Below, in pieces: positions 7,037 to 12,939 of a stretch of 12,939 bases of DNA. The position numbers were made by a program, and so were the translations under genes. Below the pieces are notes generated by a model. It had not been told where the DNA came from and did not search any database. It saw only the letters and a program-made list of their open reading frames with translations. Position 1 is the stretch's first letter. Each line of letters starts with the position of its first letter. Origin of the DNA: an uncultured bacterium (GTDB taxonomy: Bacteria; Lernaellota; Lernaellaia; Lernaellales; Lernaellaceae); contig CAZHPN010000041.1 of the NCBI GenBank assembly GCA_964534375.1, positions 1 through 12,939 of the forward strand, written 5' to 3'.

Positions 7037-8785
7037 TCAGGAAACGACCCTATACCGCACCTCCCGAAAGATCTTTTCGCCCTCCGGCGCCTCTGCGAGT
7101 TTCTGGCGAATCTCCGCTTGCAGGGCCCGATGCTCTTCACGGCCGAGCGCTAGCACGGCTTCCGTCGCGGTTCTTTTATCTGGCCAAATCGGCTTTTTCG
7201 CCGCGATGAGTTCGAACCGGTTCTCGCCGGCCGCCACCGGCCGCCACCGGACGGGAAACGCCGCGCCGGGCAAAACGTGGGTCATGCCGCCCAGCAGAAA
7301 ACCGTCGCGGGCGTAGCAATTGGGGAACATGACCTGTGCGTCGCCATCGCTCTCGCGGTTGAGAATGATCAGATAAACCGACCAGTTCGATTTGACGCAC
7401 AGGTGCAATTCACGTCCCACCGGAACGGTGTAAACCGAAGTTCCCGAGTTCTGCACGCTGTCGTGGGGCGTCGCCCCGTCGACGGACGACGACAGCCAAA
7501 CCTGCATTTCGATGCCGGCGGCCGGCGCAAGCGAGCCGCGCGCCGGCGTCGGCGGCAGCGACGGCGCCGCCGGGCCGTCGTCGGCCACGTACGCCCGCAG
7601 CGGCGGGATGACGTTGGCTTCCAGGTTCTTTATGGTCGACTTAAAATACGGCGTCTTCGACCCGGCCGGCGCTATCGGCAACGAAAACGGCCCGGGCGCC
7701 GGCGCGGCTTTGGCTTTCATCTCTTCGACGATTTCGCAATATTGATTCAAGGCCATTTCGAAATTGGCCTGGTGGATGGCCAACGCCGCTTTGAAATTGT
7801 CCCGGGTTTTCTTGAAGTGATTCGCCGCGGCTTTGGCGGTTTCCTGTTGCACGTAAGTCGCGCCCTTTTCCAGCCCCTCGCTCATTCGGCGGCGCGATTC
7901 TCTTCGATATTGAAAAACGGTCGTGCCCAATGTGATGATCAGGGCCGGCGGCAAGCTGAACTTAAAAAATTCTGCGCGCAACCTGAAATCGCCGCCGCCA
8001 ACGACGTAGGTGAATATGAAACTCAACGTAAACAACTGACCGATGATATATTGCAAGTTGGCCCTAATGACACTCCAGAATCCGATCTTGTCAATTCGGT
8101 AAGCCAAGGCGGGCGTCTCCAACGGTGGCACGGAAAACGCGAAACGAGGCCGGAGTTTGATGCCCGCGGGAATGCCTTTCTTCTTCGCGAAGGCTTCTGC
8201 CTGCTGCAACTGACCGGAAAGATCCTTTTGCAGACACGAGTTGATGCGGTCGGCCGTTTCCGTGAACTGCCGTCTCACCAAGCGATCGAGCGCCGCGGCA
8301 ACCTGTCGCCGCGTTGCCTCTTCCGGGCTCAACAGCACGACGCCTGGCTCGCCGCGCTGTACCGTTCGCAATTCCTTGACTGTATGGAGCACGTTTTCTT
8401 CAATTTGCAGGTCGCGTCGCGTCATTTCCATGACGCACAGCGCGATCTTGTCCTTGAATTTCGCGACGATTTTCTTGAGCAGCGGCGGCATGGCCGTCAA
8501 TTCCGCCAGGTCGTTCGCGGCCGTTGACGCCGGCGGGTCCGGAGCAGCCGCCAGCGGCGTCTGCTCCCGCAAGTCGGCGATGACCTGCTCGGCGGCGGCC
8601 AGCGCCATCCGATAGAGCCCGATTTTGTTCGCCGGCGAACTATCGGCGGCGCCGGCCATTTTCACCGCTTGCAATTCCGACAAAATCGTGCGCGTGCGCT
8701 GGGGCAGGCACGCGTCCAACCGCAAAGCCAGCAGAGCGCCTAGCGCGCCCACGGGCTCGAGTTTCATCACTGGCGGCTTCGTCAT
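7037..8785 (-). CDS. Helical membrane-hairpin protein with C-terminal DUF4384-like domain (~582 aa)
   Basis: Long ORF in operon register; start ATG 8785 or TTG 8791. Helical N-half, two hydrophobic segments at ~7907-8056, and Pro/Ala linkers. The C-terminal VGRELHLCVKSNWSVYLIILNRESDGDAQVMFPN...THVLPG...GENRFELIA matches the DUF4384 pattern as I recall it. Confidence 0.78.
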   Translation of the reverse strand: MTKPPVMKLEPVGALGALLALRLDACLPQRTRTILSELQAVKMAGAADSSPANKIGLYRMALAAAEQVIADLREQTPLAAAPDPPASTAANDLAELTAMPPLLKKIVAKFKDKIALCVMEMTRRDLQIEENVLHTVKELRTVQRGEPGVVLLSPEEATRRQVAAALDRLVRRQFTETADRINSCLQKDLSGQLQQAEAFAKKKGIPAGIKLRPRFAFSVPPLETPALAYRIDKIGFWSVIRANLQYIIGQLFTLSFIFTYVVGGGDFRLRAEFFKFSLPPALIITLGTTVFQYRRESRRRMSEGLEKGATYVQQETAKAAANHFKKTRDNFKAALAIHQANFEMALNQYCEIVEEMKAKAAPAPGPFSLPIAPAGSKTPYFKSTIKNLEANVIPPLRAYVADDGPAAPSLPPTPARGSLAPAAGIEMQVWLSSSVDGATPHDSVQNSGTSVYTVPVGRELHLCVKSNWSVYLIILNRESDGDAQVMFPNCYARDGFLLGGMTHVLPGAAFPVRWRPVAAGENRFELIAAKKPIWPDKRTATEAVLALGREEHRALQAEIRQKLAEAPEGEKIFREVRYRVVS

Positions 8786-8806
8786 CGCCAACGCAGCATC
8801 GCTTTT

Positions 8807-9838
8807 CTACCGGCCACGGCGGTGACCGCCGCCGGGATGAGGCGGCGGGTTTGGATGGTGAGCGGGCGGCGCAGGGTGATGCTGTGGCGCAGGGCCCGGC
8901 GGATGCGAACCTGGCCCTCCACCGTGGGCAGGACCGGCGAGATGCGAGTGATCCGGCTGGTGACCAGGGTCAGGATGGTGGCCGCCCGCGAACGGATGCC
9001 CGTGGTCGACGGCGTGGTCGATGGCGTGGTCAACGGCATCGCCAAGAGCGTGATCCAGCGCGACGCCGGCGCCGCCAAGGGCGTGATCGACAGCCGAACT
9101 CAAGGCTGCCGTAGCCGCGTTTTCAAGGTGTTCCGCCAACGGGCCGCCGGCGTCGGCGACAACCAGGTGCGCCTGTGCGGCGAGTTGCTGCTGCGCGGCG
9201 AGCAACTCGTTATGGAGATTTTGCGCCAGGCTCGCCAAGTGTTCGTGCGCGGCGTTTCCGGCATCGTGCAGGTCGGCGCTGATTTGCGAAACTGCCGCCC
9301 CGAGCGACGCATGCGCCTCGTGAACCGCCCGCTCCAGTTCGGCCAGATGGGTCTGGCCAGCCGTTTCGAGTTGGTGGTTCCACGTCGAAAACACTTGTTG
9401 CAATTGCTCGTGATGATGCGCGACGGCTTGCTCCAACTGTTGCGCATGGTTTTCAAATTGCTGCGCCAAGTGTGCGACGGCTTGCTGGCCGTGGGCCTCG
9501 ATCTGGTGCATTGTCGTTTCCGAAATAGAGCGCAGGTGTTCCTGCAACGACTGCGCCTGCTGCGCCAGCAGGTCATGGGCTTGGTCGCCGTGGGTTTTGA
9601 TCTGCGCGACGATTTCCTGGGAGTGTTGTTCGGCCGCGTGAACGGCTTGTTGGATATGACCGATCTGCTCGTGCGCCGAGGACGCTGCGGCGCCGGCGGC
9701 GACCGCCCCGCCGCCTACCACCGCGGCAGAGCCAAGGCCCGCGCCGAGTTTGATCTTGTTCAGGATGCCGTCGGCCATAGCGCTGATCTCGTTCCACTTC
9801 GCGTAAAATTGCTCGATTTGCACTTTATCGATGTCCAT
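8807..9838 (-). CDS. His/Gln/Ala-rich 11-residue-repeat helical protein, paralog B (343 aa), with His/Pro-rich tail
   Basis: GGAGG 7 nt before ATG. Aligns without gaps to the neighbouring paralog over ~220 aa and has 13 hendecads from residue 79. Confidence 0.88.
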   Translation of the reverse strand: MDIDKVQIEQFYAKWNEISAMADGILNKIKLGAGLGSAAVVGGGAVAAGAAASSAHEQIGHIQQAVHAAEQHSQEIVAQIKTHGDQAHDLLAQQAQSLQEHLRSISETTMHQIEAHGQQAVAHLAQQFENHAQQLEQAVAHHHEQLQQVFSTWNHQLETAGQTHLAELERAVHEAHASLGAAVSQISADLHDAGNAAHEHLASLAQNLHNELLAAQQQLAAQAHLVVADAGGPLAEHLENAATAALSSAVDHALGGAGVALDHALGDAVDHAIDHAVDHGHPFAGGHHPDPGHQPDHSHLAGPAHGGGPGSHPPGPAPQHHPAPPAHHPNPPPHPGGGHRRGR

Positions 9839-9879
9839 CGTCTGCCCTCCCTGTTTCGCGTTCTGCCGTCAACGACGTC

Positions 9880-10644
9880 TCACCATTTTCTGATCAGATG
9901 ATCGACGAGATGGCCGACCCCGGCTTCGACCGCGCGCCCCGAAAGATCCTGCAGCACGTCGCCGGCCCCGGCCGTGGACTGCGCGACAACCTGCTGTTGC
10001 GCGGACGACAACGCGCTCTGGGCGCTTTCCGCCAGTTGCGTCAGGCGGTCGTGCTCGGCCGCCGCCGCGGCCTGCAAGTTGTTGTGCGCCTCGGAAACCA
10101 TCGCCCCGATCGTTTCCTGCGCATGATGGATCGCCTGTTCAATCGTTTCGAGATGATGCTGGCTCTGCGTTTCCAACTGCTGAATCATTTGCGCAGAGAC
10201 TTGTTGCAATTGTTCATGGTGATGCGCGATGGTCTGCTCCAATTGTTGCACGTGCGTCTCGAATTGGTGCGTGACCTGATTGGCCAACTGGTTGCCGTGC
10301 GCGTTGATCTGGTGGAGCGTGGTTTCGGAAACGGACTGCAGGTGCTCTTGCAACGACTGCGCGTGCTGAACCAGCGCCTGGTGCGTTTCGTCACCGTGCG
10401 TCTTGACCTGGGCGATCATCTCCTGCGAATGCTGCTCCGCGGCGTGGACGGCGTCGTGAACCTGCCCGACTTGGTGGTGCGCCACGGCTGCCGTGGCGCC
10501 GGTCGCGACCGCTCCGCCGCCCGCGAGGGCCGCCGCGCCGACGCCGGCGCCTTGCTTGATCTTCTTCAGGATTGCGTCCCCCAGCGCGCTGAACTCGTTG
10601 TACTTCGACAGGAAGTTCTCAATCTGCTCTTTGTCGAGTTCCAT
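9880..10644 (-). CDS. His/Gln/Ala-rich 11-residue-repeat helical protein, paralog A (254 aa)
   Basis: GGAGAGGG upstream of ATG. Clear paralogy with 8807-9838 (AVHAAEQHSQE, KTHGD, AQSLQEHL, SETT, AHHHEQLQQV conserved) and 13 hendecads. Confidence 0.88.
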   Translation of the reverse strand: MELDKEQIENFLSKYNEFSALGDAILKKIKQGAGVGAAALAGGGAVATGATAAVAHHQVGQVHDAVHAAEQHSQEMIAQVKTHGDETHQALVQHAQSLQEHLQSVSETTLHQINAHGNQLANQVTHQFETHVQQLEQTIAHHHEQLQQVSAQMIQQLETQSQHHLETIEQAIHHAQETIGAMVSEAHNNLQAAAAAEHDRLTQLAESAQSALSSAQQQVVAQSTAGAGDVLQDLSGRAVEAGVGHLVDHLIRKW

Positions 10645-10670
10645 TGCTCATCCCTCTCCCTTTTGCCCGA

Positions 10671-11972
10671 TCAAAAGGCAAAAGAAACCATGAGATCGAG
10701 GACCTCATGGCCGGTTGCAATCTTCGGCGGGGTACTGTCCCCGTACAAACTCTTGTTGTTCTGAGCTAGCGACGCGCCAACAGGAAATTGATGTTCGAAA
10801 CTGGCGTCGATTGCAAATATCTTGTACTGACCGCCAATTCCGGCGGTGAGGCGAGTGCCGCTCGAAAGCGCCGGGGCAAACAACAGGCTGTTTGCGAACT
10901 GCGAGCCGTAATTAGCGCCTAGGCGCAAGGCCAAGGGACGAATCGGGTTGTACTGCACGCCGCCCGCGAGTGTGGTTTGTGGCGACCAGTGGAGCGGGAG
11001 AGCCAAATATGCCTCGTTCGAGCCCCGACTCGAGTTGAGCGTGAAGTCGGTTCGCAAATAATGATAATTCCAATCAATCCATCCGACGTCCAGGCCCAAT
11101 AGCACGGTGCTGCCGATTTCGGCAGCAACGCCGCCGCCGATACGGAAAGGCAACGGCAGCGAGAATCCCGCCGGTGGTGAGACACGAATTGATTCGGGAA
11201 CCGTGGCCAGGGAAAAATCGTGGTTCAGGCCGGTGATCGTCAAATTGCGCATGAATTTGAACGAGTAAATCGGGGTGGTTGCGGCAAGCCCGAAGCGCAA
11301 CCATCTCAACGGCATGAACAGCAAACCCTCCGTCAACCCAAGACTGGGCGTGTTCGGGCTGTAGCCGGTGTCGGCTTCGACAGAGTAAAGACCGCTGACC
11401 GGTGGCGATCGCTTTGGGAGCGTGACGTATTTGTCCGCCATGACCGTTCGAAAACCCATGTTCGCCATTTCCAAGTACGGCGACAGGCCGATGCCCAACC
11501 ACTCGACCGGCTGATATGCGACCACAGGCGCGATTCGGTAAGCGTCATAACGAGAATAGAGGCTGTAATCAGATGTGAGATCGGTTCGGAAAAAATGCCT
11601 CGCGGTCGTGAAGATGCCGCCTCCGAGGACAACTGGCGCCGTCTCCTTGCCGAACCGATGACAATACGCCGCATTCGGACCTCCTCCGTACAACTCGGGA
11701 GTCCCCGTGTGCTCGCCGTTGTCGCGCTGTAACGTCGGATTTTCAAACGTCAAGAATCCACTGATGTCTATGCGGTTGCCCACCTGCATCACCAGACCGG
11801 CGGGGTTCACAGCGATAGCCATGGCGTCCGTCGGGTTGCCGATCATCACGCCGCCCAGGCCGTGGGACCGGGCGCCGAAAGCGATGGGCAGAAAACCGTC
11901 CTCGCCACGGGCGGCCGTCGCCGTCGCCGCGACCAAGCAAACAGTAAAGAGGACTGTCGAAAAATGTTTCAT
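10671..11972 (-). CDS. OmpP1/FadL/TodX-family outer-membrane transporter (433 aa)
   Basis: GGAGG RBS and Sec signal peptide. The N-terminal GARSHGLGG...DAMAIAVNPAGL carries the FadL NPA motif. Alternating beta-strands, C-terminal Phe (VSFAF), and a typical size. Confidence 0.85.
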   Translation of the reverse strand: MKHFSTVLFTVCLVAATATAARGEDGFLPIAFGARSHGLGGVMIGNPTDAMAIAVNPAGLVMQVGNRIDISGFLTFENPTLQRDNGEHTGTPELYGGGPNAAYCHRFGKETAPVVLGGGIFTTARHFFRTDLTSDYSLYSRYDAYRIAPVVAYQPVEWLGIGLSPYLEMANMGFRTVMADKYVTLPKRSPPVSGLYSVEADTGYSPNTPSLGLTEGLLFMPLRWLRFGLAATTPIYSFKFMRNLTITGLNHDFSLATVPESIRVSPPAGFSLPLPFRIGGGVAAEIGSTVLLGLDVGWIDWNYHYLRTDFTLNSSRGSNEAYLALPLHWSPQTTLAGGVQYNPIRPLALRLGANYGSQFANSLLFAPALSSGTRLTAGIGGQYKIFAIDASFEHQFPVGASLAQNNKSLYGDSTPPKIATGHEVLDLMVSFAF

Positions 11973-11987
11973 ATTTGCCCTCCGGGA

Positions 11988-12939
11988 CTATGACCCGTCC
12001 CCAGTGACAACCGTCTTCTTTTTCGCCGACGCGGGCGGCTGCTCAGAATTTGCTGGCGGCGATTCGGGCGCTTTCGGGACCGGCAATATCGGCGCGGCGA
12101 CGGTCTGGGCGGCGGGCAACGGCGCCGGAGCCCTCTTCAAAGGCTTTGGGTGCACGGGACCGGCGACCGCGGCCTGTTTCTCGGCGTTGTCTCCAACATT
12201 TCCGGCGGCGGCTGGCGCAGGCGCGGCGGGTGCAGGCGCGGCAGCCTCCGCATCGGTCGCCGGCGACGGCGGAATTGCCAACACGGCTGGAGCCTCGGGC
12301 GCGGACGCCTCAGTCAGCGTGCGCCCGGACAACCGGTAATAAACGCTTACGGCGACAACAATCAACAACGCCGCGGCCATCGTCAGGAAGAATCCGATGG
12401 CGATCTTCGTTCCGAGCGGCCGCGCGGGCTTCGTCGGCGCGGCTCGCCGCTTGGCCATGGCGGCCATCATTGACGGTGTGATGACTCGCTGCTGTTTCGC
12501 CGTCGCAGGTCCAACTTCCCGCGGGACAATCTGGACCCCATCCCAACGGCCAGTGATGACTCGCTGCTGGTTCGCCGTCGCAGGTCCAACAGCCTGTACC
12601 TGTTTCGCATTTGCCTGCGTCGGAGCGGGCGCCGGCTGCGGGAACACAATAGGCGGTTCAGGTTTCGCCGCCGCCGGAACGGGCGTCGGTTGCGGGAACA
12701 CGATGGGCGGTTCGAGCTTCGTCGCTATCGGAACGGGGGCCGGTTGCGGGAACACGGTGGTCTGTTCGAGATTCGTCGCTATCGGAAAGGGCGCCGGTTG
12801 CGGGAACGCGATCGTCGGTTCAGTTTTCGTCGCCGGAGGCGGGAGCGCGGGGAATGCCAAGACGGGCGGCGGTTCAGGTTTTGCCGCCGGAGGCGGGAGC
12901 GCGGGGAATGCCAAGACGGGCGGCGGTTCAGGTTTTGCC
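11988..12939 (-). CDS. Pro-rich repeat, single-pass membrane protein; 5' truncated (could be the tail of a Ser/Thr kinase or other signalling protein)
   Basis: Frame is open to the window edge. 18-aa Pro-rich repeats, then a basic patch KRRAAPTKPARPLGTK followed by the TM segment IAIGFFLTMAAALLIVVAVSVYY and a Pro/Ala-rich tail. Stop is 15 bp before the FadL start. No catalytic domain is visible. Confidence 0.75.
   Translation of the reverse strand, partial: AKPEPPPVLAFPALPPPAAKPEPPPVLAFPALPPPATKTEPTIAFPQPAPFPIATNLEQTTVFPQPAPVPIATKLEPPIVFPQPTPVPAAAKPEPPIVFPQPAPAPTQANAKQVQAVGPATANQQRVITGRWDGVQIVPREVGPATAKQQRVITPSMMAAMAKRRAAPTKPARPLGTKIAIGFFLTMAAALLIVVAVSVYYRLSGRTLTEASAPEAPAVLAIPPSPATDAEAAAPAPAAPAPAAAGNVGDNAEKQAAVAGPVHPKPLKRAPAPLPAAQTVAAPILPVPKAPESPPANSEQPPASAKKKTVVTGDGS
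12478..12590. repeat. 38-bp direct repeat, 75 bp apart, encoding VGPATA[N/K]QQRVIT
   Basis: 12478-12515 and 12553-12590 differ at one base. Confidence 0.88.
12615..12939. repeat. 54-bp in-frame tandem repeat, at least 6 copies (two exact copies at 12831-12938)
   Basis: Peptides AKPEPPPVLAFPALPPPA x2, TKTEPTIAFPQPAPFPIA, TNLEQTTVFPQPAPVPIA, TKLEPPIVFPQPTPVPAA, AKPEPPIVFPQPAPAPTQ. Confidence 0.9.

Noticed and set aside
5160..7316. 718-aa + strand ORF, and other long + strand ORFs (1116-2114, 3833-5272, 7277-8527, 8822-9901, 9898-10764)
   Set aside because: Antisense shadows of well-supported minus-strand genes in GC-rich DNA. They are Arg-rich or poly-Val mirrors of Asp codons, with no motifs.
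8700..8770. GALGALLALRLDAC as a lipoprotein signal in the DUF4384 protein
   Set aside because: The hydrophobic stretch is short and interrupted by Arg and Asp, and LDAC is not a valid lipobox.
12615..12939. 54-bp repeats as a possible CRISPR array
   Set aside because: Head-to-tail, in-frame coding repeats with no unique spacers and no cas genes.

Overview
GC-rich bacterial DNA. The Asp-run lipoproteins, Cys-rich modules and PEGA protein suggest a deltaproteobacterial/Myxococcota-like lineage, but that is inference only. The left end (+ strand) holds the 3' end of a sigma54/Fis-type regulator and an archaemetzincin (M54) metalloprotease. These converge on a ~580-bp spacer containing a 10-bp tandem repeat, a strong minus-strand terminator and a short ORF with coding-like codon bias. 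The rest (1377-12939) is one tightly packed minus-strand gene string with gaps of 10-52 bp. In transcription order: a Pro-repeat single-pass membrane protein (5' truncated); a FadL/OmpP1-family outer-membrane barrel; two tandem paralogous His/Gln-rich proteins with 13 regular 11-residue amphipathic repeats each; a helical membrane-hairpin protein with a DUF4384-like C-terminus; a small Asp/Cys-rich lipoprotein; a PEGA-domain protein; a ~1016-aa modular lipoprotein ending in a 7-blade beta-propeller; and a 265-aa Cys-rich lipoprotein sharing the big lipoprotein's N-terminal leader. The most unusual parts are the FadL + hendecad-pair + membrane-hairpin module and the set of lipoproteins built from shared modules. 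No rRNA, tRNA, CRISPR array, transposase, integrase or reverse transcriptase was seen. All family calls come from motif recognition by eye, with no database searches.
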